From NCBI GenBank assembly GCA_030141605.1, contig JAQGDQ010001220.1:1-54366 (forward strand): a stretch of DNA of 54,366 nt, given 5' to 3'. Positions 1-11,347 of the stretch are shown piece after piece. The number at the start of each line of letters is the position of its first letter. Position 1 is the first letter of the stretch. The notes beneath the pieces were generated by a model. It saw nothing but the letters and a program-made list of their open reading frames with translations, was not told the DNA's origin and made no database searches. The stretch is from Tubiluchus corallicola (taxonomy: Eukaryota; Animalia; Priapulida). Position numbers and translations under genes: made by a program.

Positions 1-1275
1 AATTGCACAATTTTGTTAATCTCATGCAGAATTGATATCTGTTAATTATATGTAATATTTTATCATGGTTCTCTGAAGAGATATTTTATTATTGTAAAGC
101 TTTAATTTAAGAGATTCGTCTGTGATTGTTTAAGAGATGTAATGTTGCCAGTTTTTGAGTAGGATGAGGTAACCTCTTTGCTTAAAGGTCGTCTTTAGTA
201 GTAATTCAGTATTGTTTCTCCTAATGACATTTTCGGATGTTTATAAAAAAGCCGTTTAAATCTAATCATTCGGACAGTTATTAGTGCCGCTTTCTTAACG
301 GGGCAAATAAGCACAGCATTTAATGATCGATGTAACTGTTGTATACAAATTGAACCGGGGCCGGAACTAGATGTGGCAAGCGGGGGGGGGGGGCGCAAAA
401 ATTTTCAGGGGGTGGGCGAGGTATCCGAAGTGGTTAAATAATGGTTAAGCCAATTTTTAACCCCTTTTATACTGCATGCAGGCCTATAATTAGCATGTGT
501 GTAGGACGGCGTAGCGGACAGAGCAATAATGAGAAAATTAACTCTCAGTTAACCTAACGTTATTAATGTGCCTCTAACTAAATTGTTATTTACAGAAATT
601 TATCACACACAAGTTTTAAGAAAATAATACACTGAAGCTACCAAACATTTTTTTACCTAATTCTAATTCATATTGAAAATGATTACATGTGACCTGCAAT
701 TTTCACTGCAAATTATTTGTCCGATTTTGCCGGGGGGGGGGCGCAAATTTTGACAAGCCCCCCCCCCCCCCTAGTTCCGCCCCTGAACTGAACTTTTCCT
801 GTTGTATGAAGATTTTCAGTACCAAGTGCTCTGTCTCTCTTTTATGAACAAACATACCTAGTATAAATATATGCATTGCATTTTTTTACTTTTGGCTAGA
901 TCATTTAATTTTATTATTCTTTTGTAGTAGGTGTGTGAAAATTGCACAAGCAATATTTAATGCTTCCATATAATTGTGAAATCATTCAGCTGGTGCACAA
1001 GGTGATGTACTATAATGTAGATATGTATATTTTGGGTATTATGATTTGTATAATAATTTAGGATTATTATTTTAGCTCTATTTATGTAAGCTAATTATGT
1101 ATCTGGCCTCGATACCTGTGAGCAGCTTATGCAGGAATACAAAGAACGATATTTTTGATAGCTATAAAATGCTTAACGTGAAAATATTAGTTTTGATATG
1201 CAGGGCTAAATGATGGTTGAATTGATGATGAATGATTTTTGCTACGCAGTTTAGCTGTTGTGTTTGACACAACTG
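1..1275 (+). repeat. Segmental duplication, copy A (matches 11348-12706; runs off the window start)
   Basis: Near-identical to 11348-12706 from the first base (aattgcacaattttgttaatctcatgcag...) to ...tgtttgacacaactg, apart from scattered substitutions and indels. Confidence 0.95.
356..785. mobile_element. Non-autonomous hAT-type MITE
   Basis: Imperfect TIRs cggggccggaactag / ctagttccgcccctg; flanking 8-mers aattgaac / aactgaac (7/8 TSD); poly-G/poly-C subterminal runs. Confidence 0.8.
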
Positions 1276-1281
1276 CGCTAA

Positions 1282-1589
1282 AAAGTACAGTATCATCAAT
1301 TTGGGGAAGTACAGTATCATCAATTTGGGGAAGTACAGTATCATCAGTTTGGGGAAGTACAGTATCATCAGTTTGGGGAAGTACAGTATCATCAGTTTGG
1401 GGAAGTACAGTATCATCAGTTTGGGGAAGTACAGTATCATCAGTTTGGGAAAGTACAGTATCATCAGTTTGGGGAAGTACAGTATCATCAGTTTGGGAAA
1501 GTACAGTATCATCAGTTTGGGGAAGTACAGTATCATCAGTTTGGGAAAGTACAGTATCATCAGTTTGTGGAAGTACAGTATCATCAGTG
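1282..1589. repeat. 24-bp minisatellite, ~13 copies (aagtacagtatcatcagtttgggg)
   Basis: Direct tandem repeat; source of the 8-aa periodic ORFs at 1162-1658. Confidence 0.95.
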
Positions 1590-1915
1590 ATTGGGAAAAT
1601 TCTTAGTTTAAGCATATTCTTATTGAATAACAGGTATTGCAATATGGCCTTGAACTGACAGTTTTTAACAACTGATGAATGGTCTCGCCAAACGAATTCT
1701 TAAAACAAAAGAGCAAACAAAAAAACTTAAGCAAAGACTTGACCTTTATTCGTCAAAGCGTTGCAGATGTTTGTGTCTGAATAAAAGTCATGTCTTTGCT
1801 GCTTGTAAAGTTTAATCCATCTACATTTATTTTCTATAAAAATAATGAGCCAATTATTATGTCAATCAGATTTTTTATTTCTTTAACTTGTGTATTAAAT
1901 TAATTTGATTTGCAG

Positions 1916-2050
1916 GTGTTGGTGGCAATCTAGTAGCTGTTCAGGCTAGCCGTCTTTCTACAGCGTTGCATAAAGCGAGCCGTCCCGGTATTTTGCCTCT
2001 ATCTTTTACAAAAGGTTGTCCAAATCCTGGGAAAATGTTCTGCACAAAAA
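1916..2050 (+). CDS. SLC41A: SLC41/MgtE-family magnesium transporter, internal exon (GVGGNLVAVQASRLSTALH...)
   Basis: tgcag| acceptor and |gtaagt donor; translation carries the SLC41 GVGGNLVAVQASR motif; phase 1 at both ends. Confidence 0.93.
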
Positions 2051-2102
2051 GTAAGTGCCTCTGTAATAATAATAATAATTTTGTTTAGGACATACTCCGG
2101 GA

Positions 2103-4812
2103 GAGAATTGCGAGAAAAGTTGCCAAGCCGTTCACACGTGTGACTTTACTCTCAGAGAGAAGATGCCAAGCCGTTCACACGTGTGACTTTACTCTCAGAG
2201 TGAAGTTACCAAGCCGTTCACACGTGTGACTTTACTCTCAGAGTGAAGTTGCCAAGCCGTTCACACGTGTGACTTTACTCTCAGAGAGAAGTTGCCAAGC
2301 CGTTCACACACGTGTGACTTTACTCTCAGAGAGAAGTTGCCAAGTCGTTCACACGTGTGACTTTACTCTCAGATAGAAGTTACCAAGCCGTTCACACGTG
2401 TGACTTTGGTCTCAGAGAGAAGTTGCCAAGCCATTCACACGTGTGACTTTACTCTCAGAGAGAAGTTATCAAGCCGTTCACACGTGTGACTTTACTCTCA
2501 GAGTGAAGTTGCGAAGCCGTTCACACGTGTGAGTTTACTCTCAGAGTGAAGTTGCCAAGCCGTTCACACGTGTGACTTTACTCTCAGAGAGAAGTTGCCA
2601 AGCCGTTCACACGTGTGACTTTACTCTCAGAGAGAAGTTGCCAAGCTGTTCACACGTGTGACTTTACTCTCAGAGTGAAGTTGCCAAGCCGTTCACACGT
2701 GTGACTTTACTCTCAGAGAGAAGTTGCCAAGTCGTTCACACGTGTGACTTTACTCTCAGAGAGAAGTTGCCAAGCCGTTCACACGTGTGACTTTACTCTC
2801 AGTGAAGTTGCCAAGCCGTTCACATGTGTGACTTTACTCTCAGAGTGAAGTTGCCAAGCCGTTCACACGTGTGACTTTACTCTCGAGAGAAGTTGCCAAG
2901 CCATTCACACGTGTGACTTTGGTCTCAGAGAGAAGTTGCCAAGCCATTCACACGTGTGACTTTACTCTCAGAGAGAAGTTACCAAGCCGTTCACACGTGT
3001 GACTTTACTCTCAGAGTGAAGTTACCAAGCCGTTCACATGTGTGACTTTACTCTCAGAGTGAAGTTGCCAAGCCGTTCACATGTGTGACTTTACTCTCAG
3101 AGTGAAGTTGCCAAGCCGTTCACACGTGTGACTTTACTCTCGAGAGAAGTTGCCAAGCCATTCACACGTGTGACTTTGGTCTCAGAGAGAAGTTGCTAAG
3201 CCATTCACACGTGTGACTTTACTCTCAGAGTGAAGTTACCAAGCCGTTCACACGCGTGACTACTCTTAGAGAGAAGTTGCCAAGCCATTCACACGTGTGA
3301 CTTTACTCTCAGAGAGAAGTTGACAAGTCGTTCACACGTGTGACTTTACTCTCAGAGTGAAGTTACCAAGCCGTTCACACGCGTGACTACTCTTAGAGAG
3401 AAGTTGCCAAGCCATTCACACGTGTGACTTTACTCTCAGAGAGAAGTTGCCAAGCCGTTCACACGTGTGACTTTACTCTCAGAGTGAAGTTACCAAGTCG
3501 TTCACACGTGTGACTTTACTCTCAGAGTGAAGTTACCAAGCCGTTCACACGTGCGACTTTACTCTCAGAGAGAAGTTGCCAAGCCGTTCACACGTGTGAC
3601 TTTACTCTCAGAGAGAAGTTGCCAAGCCGTTCACACGTGCGACTTTACTCTCAGAGAGAAGTTGCCAAGCTGTTCACACGTGTGACTTTACTCTCAGATA
3701 GAAGTTACCAAGCCGTTCACACGTGTGACTTTACTCTCAGAGAGAAGTTGCCAAGCCGTTCACACGTGTGACTTTACTCTCAGAGAGAAGTTGCCAAGCC
3801 GTTCACACGTGTGACTTTACTCTCAGAGAGAAGTTGCCAAGCTGTTCACACGTGTGACTTTACTCTCACAGTGAAGTTGCCAAGCCGTTCACACGTGTGA
3901 CTTTACTCTCAGAGAGAAGTTGCCAAGTCGTTCACACGTGTGACTTTACTCTCAGAGAGAAGTTGCCAAGCCGTTCACACGTGTGACTTTACTCTCAGTG
4001 AAGTTGCCAAGCCATTCACATGTGTGACTTTACTCTCAGAGTGAAGTTGCCAAGCCGTTCACACGTGTGACTTTACTCTCGAGAGAAGTTGCCAAGCCAT
4101 TCACACGTGTGACTTTGGTCTCAGAGAGAAGTTGCCAAGCCATTCACATGTGTGACTTTACTCTCAGAGAGAAGTTACCAAGCCGTTCACATGTGTGACT
4201 TTACTCTCAGAGTGAAGTTACCAAGCCGTTCACATGTGTGACTTTACTCTCAGAGTGAAGTTGCCAAGCCGTTCACATGTGTGACTTTTCTCTCAGAGTG
4301 AAGTTGCCAAGCCGTTCACACGTGTGACTTTACTCTCGAGAGAAGTTGCCAAGCCATTCACACGTGTGACTTTGGTCTCAGAGAGAAGTTGCTAAGCCAT
4401 TCACACGTGTGACTTTACTCTCAGAGTGAAGTTACCAAGCCGTTCACACGCGTGACTACTCTTAGAGAGAAGTTGCCAAGCCGTTCACACGCGTGACTAC
4501 TCTTAGAGAGAAGTTGCCAAGCCATTCACACGTGTGACTTTACTCTCAGAGTGAAGTTACCAAGCCGTTCACACGTGTGACTTTACTCTCAGAGAGAAGT
4601 TGCCAAGCCGTTCACACGTGTGACTTTACTCTCAGAGTGAAGTTACCAAGTCGTTCACACGTGTGACTTTACTCTCAGAGTGAAGTTACCAAGCCGTTCA
4701 CACGTGTGACTTTACTCTCAGAGTGAAGTTACCAAGCCGTTCACACGTGTGACTTTACTCTCAGAGTGAAGTTACCAAGCCGTTCACACGTGTGACTACT
4801 CTTAGAGAGAGG
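2103..4812. repeat. 43-bp minisatellite, ~60 copies (gagagaagttgccaagccgttcacacgtgtgactttactctca), intronic
   Basis: Head-to-tail tandem units with no spacers; each unit contains the palindrome tcacacgtgtga. Confidence 0.97.
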
Positions 4813-5185
4813 TTGAGCTACAAGTTACAAGAGAAGTCAGTATGTCCGAACACGCCATAACATTTGTTTTTCTTGGCTTATTGTATTTAAAAGTTAAATG
4901 AAATGAAAAGACAAAACCAAAATTTCTCATCTTTATATGCTAAGAATTGTACAGTTTTAAGATGACAATAGTCATCATATTCCATAATAAACAAAAGCAC
5001 CAATGACAATGTAAACAACAACACCTTTGGCAAAAATAACTTCAGGTTGACTTGTGATATGTTTCTAATAGATAATGTATTAATTCACATTGTTGTTGGT
5101 ATTTTTGTTTTTGATTAAATTATGTTTTCCAAACATCAAATATTTGTTTGAAATTATAATATTACTTTCTTTGCAATTCTAACAG

Positions 5186-5334
5186 ATGTAGAAGCAAAAA
5201 CGTCAAGAGTACTTTTACTGTTGGTGGTACCAGGACACTTAATATTTATCTACACAATTAATTTTTTGAAAGGCGGCCACACTTCTCTAACTCCTCGGTT
5301 TGTGTTGTTGTATTTAGTGGCTGCATTACTACAG
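5186..5334 (+). CDS. SLC41A: SLC41 internal exon (NVEAKTSRVLLLLVVPGHLIFIYTINFLKGGHTSLTPRFVLLYLVAALLQ)
   Basis: aacag| acceptor and CAG|gtatgt donor; in phase with the previous exon; VLLLLVVPGHLIF and GGHT match SLC41 transmembrane segments. Confidence 0.93.
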
Positions 5335-5488
5335 GTATGTAGAAGAAAAGTGTTTAAAGGTGTTAATTTTGCTTGTTTGTTTTAATCGTGTAGTCTAGTT
5401 CAACGTGATGTATTATTGGAGTTCTCATTAGCTAAAAAGTTTTACTAATCGCATATATTAATTCTGTTGGTATATATATATATATATA

Positions 5489-6240
5489 AGATTCGAGGCT
5501 ACAGCTCGGACGACGTCACCATTTGCGGCCATCTATACATCAAACGAAAGGTCTCATTCTAGTGTCGTGCCATTGGGGGTTTATTTTTCGAATCGGGCCC
5601 ACCGGGACGAACGGGGGTGGGTGAAAAACCTCCAAAAATGGCTATTTTTTGGCCGTTTTTTGCAAAAGTTATACGTCTGAGATCCGAAGAACTGGGCACT
5701 GATTGGTGCTGGTTATGGATAGATAGCCCGCTCTGCGGTGGGTGTCATTGGTGTATTTAGAATTTGCGAGAGGGCCACGGCGTCCCGTAACGAGCGTTTT
5801 CCCGGACCCAACTCGCGATTTTTTCGAAATTTTGATCAAACAGCATGCGGAAAAAACGTTCTAGCGGCGCCTGGTAGGACTCTCGGAAGGAGATATGTAG
5901 CTCTTTAGAAAGAGGAAGAACAGGGCTACACGATGATGCGGGCTATATTTTAGGACATGTCCACCGAGAGGAGTACTGACGATTTAATTAGATGTTCTAT
6001 TTTTGGCAATTTTCGCTTAGAAAACTGCTGACTCAAAGCCATTGTTCTGATGTCATCCATTATACTCTGTCTATAACTTTAATTCGGTAAAAGCTGCTGC
6101 TACTGGCTTTGCGTTATAAATGAGGACTATGTAGGATGTTTGCGTATTTTTGATTATACGTGTATTTATACGCAAAATTTTTTGCAGGGCCTTTGTTAGT
6201 ATATTTATACATTCTGGAATACAAAACATTTAATAAATGT
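5489..6240. mobile_element. Unclassified CpG-rich insertion, probably a non-autonomous repeat
   Basis: Abrupt shift to GC/CpG-rich sequence right after a (TA)n run; no long ORF, no splice fit, and no TIR/TSD pair identified; right boundary uncertain. Confidence 0.35.
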
Positions 6241-6423
6241 TTCTTTTCCTAGTGATTTTAAACACTGCTGTTTGCTCTGTCTGTTTCTTACTTATGTCTA
6301 GACAATATTATTGTAGATTAACTGATATCTGCCCACTAAAGCAGCTTTAACATTAACAATGGAACAAACTCAAACTTCATTAGATTTGATACCAAAATTG
6401 AAAGACAGGAAATGTGAAAAGGT

Positions 6424-6499
6424 TGGAATGCAATCCGGATTTGAACCACTGATCTTGTGCTTACAAGGCAGATGCGTTAGACACTTGGCCACAATATCT
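6424..6499 (-). mobile_element. tRNA-derived SINE head or tRNA pseudogene (Thr-TGT-like loop)
   Basis: Minus strand: A-box-like tggccaagtgtctaa, loop cttgtaa, B-box ggttcaaatcc; acceptor stem pairs poorly. Confidence 0.65.
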
Positions 6500-6823
6500 C
6501 CCAGTGGGCAAAGACAGTCCAAAGTTTGTTCCTGTAGATGGCCAACTAAATTCAGCATTAATGCTCGATCGCACAAACTAGAGTGATTTTAACAAATTAA
6601 TTAATTATTTATAGATTAATTTTGATCACGAACTTTCTTTTAGTAATAAATTAATTATTATACTCTTAATATCAAGATTATTGTTAACGATGCAACAAAC
6701 CTACCTTTAATTATGGTTTGTTTTATCATTAATAATAATCTTAACATTAAAATTTTAATAATTACTTTTACATTTTCTCATTTTGTCACAATGCATGGTT
6801 TTTGGCCTGGGTTACGTAGATGT

Positions 6824-7761
6824 CTGTGGCGGCTCGTAACTAAAATTAGTGGGGGTGCTGATTTAGAAAATTTTTAGCCATTGTTTTAATACTGTGTACA
6901 ATGTAACAAACATGTGTAATTTTAATGTTGCAGTTATGTTTGAAGATCCGGTGCGAATGACCTCTTTTCTTAACTGCAACTTTCTCATGGAGAGACATTT
7001 ATGAAAAATTAAGCTGTTGTAGTTCACTTACAGTCACAGAACTCATTTCTTGGGGATGCAAGGCTTCCATTACTAAATAATTTATGTTTTAACGGCACAC
7101 GCGCTAAGTTTACACTTTATCACATCCAAGAATATGATGATACACGGTAAGCACGTGGCAATTGTTACTGTGATAGACACAGTGCTTTTCTACCTAGCAG
7201 CAGATGCTAGCATACAGCGTGTTATCTCAGACATGCGCACAATAGCTAAACACCATGTTGCTTGGGCTGTGAAGCAAATTGTACTTCCCTCGCGGTTCCC
7301 GCACAAGTATAAAAGAAGAACTAAAGAAAAAAGACTTATTATATTGAATATTATCGATAATAGTGAGTGAAAACGGGCGGTGCTGCAGTACCACAGTACC
7401 TATACACGAGCCGCCACTGTTTGTAATGTACAGGGGGTGCTGCAGTACCACAGTACCTATACACGAGCCGCCACTGTTTGTAATGTACAGGCGGTGCTGC
7501 AGTACCACAGTACCTATACACGAGCCGCCACTGTTTGTAATGTACAGGGGGTGCTGCAGTACCACATTACCTATACATGAGCTGCCACTGTTTGTAATGT
7601 ACAGGGGGTGCTGCAGTACCACAGTACCTATACACGAGCCGCCACTGTTTGTAATGTACAGGGGGTGCTGCAGTACTACAGTACCTATACACGAGCCGCC
7701 ACTGCTTGTAATGTACAGGGGGTGCTGCAGTACCACAGTACCTATACACGAGCCACCACTG
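6824..7761. mobile_element. hAT-type MITE with tandemly amplified right end
   Basis: Left TIR ctgtggcggctcgt at 6824; right TIR acgagccgccactg recurs in each 57-bp unit; outer flanks gtagatgt / ctaaatgt (6/8). Confidence 0.7.
7376..7761. repeat. 57-bp minisatellite, ~7 copies
   Basis: Unit gggtgctgcagtaccacagtacctatacacgagccgccactgtttgtaatgtacagg; explains the 19-aa periodic ORFs. Confidence 0.95.
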
Positions 7762-7991
7762 CTAAATGTGCATTTATGCAAATGTTACATAAGACTGTAG
7801 CTCATAGTTGCACTTCACATCAAACCACAGACTTAGTAAAGTTGCTTTTTGGGCAGAATTAGGTCATGCTAGAATAATTTCTGTCTATTGCTTGTATCAC
7901 TGCATGGAGTTACTGTGAAGCAGACATTTACTCATCTTTCCATTCTTAGTATAGCACTCATCTCTGTTACACTTTTGCACGTTTCCACCAG

Positions 7992-8183
7992 GTTGCAGTG
8001 CTGTTGTTTATTGCGGATTGGATGACATGTCGCATGTGGCGTAACGGTACCGATCCCGATTCTGCTGCCATTCCGTATCTAACTGCCCTGGGTGATCTGC
8101 TCGGCACCGCCCTCTTAGCACTAACATTTCTCTTACTAACCGCACTCGGAGAATACCATGCTAACTTGTCTTTTGCTGTTTAG
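7992..8183 (+). CDS. SLC41A: SLC41 alternative terminal exon A (VAVLLFIADWMTCRMWRNGTDPDSAAIPYLTALGDLLGT...NLSFAV*)
   Basis: ccaccag| acceptor, phase 0, intact to TAG; contains the MgtE/SLC41 P-D-X4-P-X6-D motif; AATAAA follows at 8461. Confidence 0.88.
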   Translation, partial: VAVLLFIADWMTCRMWRNGTDPDSAAIPYLTALGDLLGTALLALTFLLLTALGEYHANLSFAV

Positions 8184-8460
8184 AGAGTCAGAGATCAGGT
8201 GATGAATCATAATTTCCTCTTAAGCCTTTTGTAATTGTGTGTGTTGTTGAAAATAGTTTATGATTTACTTTAGTCTATGTATTTTTCTAAGATTTAATGA
8301 AAGGGCTTTATGATTTCTTATGTTTATTAATTGTATTACTGAAGAATCTGTACTGTGTTACCAAGAGCTTATCATACAGAAAAATTTCTGGCGGCAGGCA
8401 TTGATGGTAAAACTTATTTCTAGACTTAACACTTTCACAGCTGCATTGTGTGAAAATTTA

Positions 8461-8466
8461 AATAAA
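8461..8466 (+). promoter_or_regulatory. Candidate polyadenylation signal for SLC41 terminal exon A
   Basis: AATAAA ~280 nt after the exon A stop and upstream of exon B; could be chance in AT-rich DNA. Confidence 0.45.
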
Positions 8467-8544
8467 TCACTTGATGAACTGAGCGAGAGTGAATAATGTA
8501 CAGTACCACAAGTTTATAAAGACTTGGGTTCGACCACAGTTCGA

Positions 8545-8812
8545 CCAGATAGTTTAGTCTAGTGGTAACGCGTCTGGCTTCCGTCTGGGAGGTCGTAAGT
8601 TCGAACCAGCGGCCTTGTCATACCAAAGACTTTAAAAATGGTACCTGCTGTTGCCCTGCCTGACGCGTGGTATTTAGGGTAAAAGTGGGGTAATAATAGT
8701 CTCTGTTATGTAGTTGTAGGTTGTTATTTACAGTCAGCGATAATAGCTCTTTGAGGTAATGTTAATTGTGGACCCAAAAGCCGACTTTAAATAAAGATTA
8801 TTATTTTTATTA
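8545..8812 (+). mobile_element. tRNA-derived SINE, near full length (MetaSINE-like core, recalled not searched)
   Basis: A-box tagtctagtgg, B-box gttcgaacc, core gtcataccaaagactttaaaaatggtacctgctg, tail aataaagattattat; second copy at 46830-47170. Confidence 0.8.
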
Positions 8813-8853
8813 TAAGTAGTTAGAGGTCGCCTGTACTTGCTCCGAAGTCATGG

Positions 8854-8993
8854 TGACAAGCCACTTGCATAGCAGTGTCTAGCTTTTTTACTAGATTACT
8901 GCTGTGTTTACCTGTTTGAGGGCAGATTTCTTTTATTTTCCAAGTCTACCTGCCCAGTGTCTACAATAGACGTGACGGGCATTGATGATGATG
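8854..8993 (+). repeat. Dispersed repeat with (GAT)n tail, probable retroposon 3' end
   Basis: Aligns with 22868-23009 over ~140 bp; both end in gatgatgat. Confidence 0.75.
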
Positions 8994-9083
8994 TCGTAAT
9001 TAACTAATTCCACACCTTTAATTATTGATACACAAAAGTTACACAATTTAGATTAACTAGTAGTATCTATAGTTACTTATGTA

Positions 9084-9667
9084 TAGTGTTCCCTCACTTA
9101 TCGCGGGTGTTCCATTAAAGGCCCACCCGCTATAAGTGAATTTCCGCGAAGCAGGGACGCTATACTTATTTTAGTAGTTATACATTATTTTAAGTCTCTA
9201 TAAACCCTCCCCACACTGTTATACATAAATGTTCATAAAAATGTTTTAAGCTCTTAAACCTAGATACGTAATTTTAAAAATTTGATATGGGTACTCACCA
9301 TTGAAGATACGTCCTACAGCGTGGCGCAAGTACTACATTTCGTTTTTCATGTGTATTCATCCACCGCATAAATACACTATTTACTGTAAATGGTAATTTT
9401 TTATGATTTATAATATTCTTTTAATGTTAGAATTAATATTTTAATATATTTTTATACATTTTATGATGTTTTTATGCAAAATTCATCAAATCTATACATT
9501 ACTGTACAATACGTACTACGCAGGTGCAAAAATACTTTAGACGGAGTACCGCAAAAACCCGCGAAACAGCGAAAATACGGCGATAAATATTTTGCATTAA
9601 TATTTTTGAAAACCCGCGAAACAGCGAGTCCACGATAAACGAAGCGCGAAGCAGCGAGGGAACGCTG
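9084..9667. mobile_element. Tc1/mariner-pogo (Tigger-like) MITE between the two SLC41 terminal exons
   Basis: Imperfect TIRs tagtgttccctcacttatcgcg / cgcgaagcagcgagggaacgctg, each flanked by TA. Confidence 0.8.
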
Positions 9668-9785
9668 TATTGTTATTGGTTTTAATTTTGTGCATGACAA
9701 ATTATGCAACATAATCAATTTAAATTTCAAACATAAATTAATATAATCACACTGTAAAAGAAACTTTGTAATTTTCTATTCACAG

Positions 9786-9971
9786 GTGGCACTGCTATTA
9801 TATATCGGTGAATGGATGGTGCATTATATGTGGCGTCGAGGAACCGATCCAGATCATGCTGCTATTCCATACGTGACAGCTATAGGTGATTTACTGGGAA
9901 CAGCTTTCCTAGCTCTCGCCTTCGTTATCCTTGCTGCCGTTGGTGATGGGGATTCGGATGTTGGAGACTGA
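9786..9971 (+). CDS. SLC41A: SLC41 alternative terminal exon B ([39 protein letters not shown]...GDGDSDVGD*)
   Basis: ttcacag| acceptor, phase 0, intact to TGA; ends in the acidic DxDVGD tail typical of SLC41A1/2. Confidence 0.92.
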   Translation: MALLLYIGEWMVHYMWRRGTDPDHAAIPYVTAIGDLLGTAFLALAFVILAAVGDGDSDVGD

Positions 9972-10530
9972 GGTCAGATGGTCCGCAATTGAAGCTTTGA
10001 TAATTGAACCTTCGATTAGGATTAACGTTAGGACCAAATTAGGATTAACAGGCCTTGTCATATGATTTTTGATGACCCAAGCGGTCAGTTCCGAGAATTA
10101 TGTTAATCTATTGGGAAGGTTGTGTGCATCGTCCATTTAACATAAATTTCATTCATACATTCATTTACCCAAACGGTAGTTACAAAGTTAAGGTATTATT
10201 TCCATTATTTTCATTTTTTAAATTAAAATTTAGATGTGTGATGCAACTTACTACCCTTAAGCAAATTTTATCCTGTATTAACACAGTAAAGAGTTTATTG
10301 CTGTTTGATGGACTACTAGTTTATCTTTATGTAAGCAATAAGATCCCATAATGATGCTTTATAATATCCTTGGGTGTTAAACTTTAGCATTTTAGCATGC
10401 TTACATTGGCAATCATTGCAGTTAAAATTATTTGTTGATGTTAGTTATTATATATATAAACCACAATCCATTTACAGTGAATACTCATTCATTTTACACA
10501 GCCCATTTTGAGTGTAATGGACTATTTCTG

Positions 10531-10974
10531 CTGTAGTTGACTGCCCAGTCCATTCTGGTTATGCCTCTTTCTGTAGCTGACTGTCCAGTCTATTCTGGTT
10601 ATGCCTTTTTCTGCAGCTGACTGTCCAGTCTATTCTGGTTATGCCTCTTTCTGTAGCTGACTGTCCAGTCCATTCTGGTTATGACTTTTTCTGTAGCTGA
10701 CTGTCCTGTCCATTCTGGTTATGCCTTTTTCTGTAGCTGACTGTCCTGTCCATTCTGGTTATGACTTTTTCTGTAGCTGACTGTCCAGTCCATTCTGGTT
10801 ATGACTTTTTCTGTAGCTGACTGTCCAGTCCATTCTGGTTATGACTTTTTCTGTAGCTGACTGTCCAGTCCATTCTGGTTATGCCTTTTTCTGTAGCTGA
10901 CTGACCAGTCCATTCTGGTTATGACTTTTTCTGTAGCTGACTGTCCAGTCTATTCTGGTTATGCCTTTTTCTGT
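10531..10974. repeat. 40-bp minisatellite, ~11 copies (ctgtagctgactgtccagtccattctggttatgacttttt)
   Basis: Direct tandem repeat in the presumed 3' UTR after exon B. Confidence 0.95.
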
Positions 10975-11347
10975 GTTAGACTATAACTATTGTTTACTAT
11001 ACTGTTTGATTGAGTACAATTGTACATTTGAGAATACCTGATTTGTGCCAAGTAAGATTGCAAAGAATACTCCATCCTTCTTAAACGGTGTGCTGTGTTA
11101 ATAGTGGATTCATGGCTTCCCCTTTTCAACCTCAAAGTATTTTTTCACAATCAAATAGTTCAGTTGGTGGTTAAGAGAAGTTCTAGCTGATGAACCAGTA
11201 GAAGAGGAGAACTATGTCAGGGGATGGTCGCCTCTTCCATCTACGTAATTGTTTGTACATTTATAAAGAGAACCTTAATTTGTTCAATGGCCTGTTTAAA
11301 TTTGTGCCAATTGCATAAAATGTTACTTTGCAAAGCATTTTTATTTT

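Noticed and set aside
1162-1658. Overlapping 100-150-aa ORFs
   Set aside because: Translations of the 24-bp minisatellite, open in several frames on both strands.
2103-4812. CRISPR-like array of palindromic repeats
   Set aside because: Units are head-to-tail with no unique spacers, there are no cas genes, and the array lies in a eukaryotic intron.
6424-6499. Functional tRNA-Thr gene
   Set aside because: Acceptor and T stems are mispaired; better explained as a SINE head or pseudogene. The same holds for 8545, 18585 and 47100.
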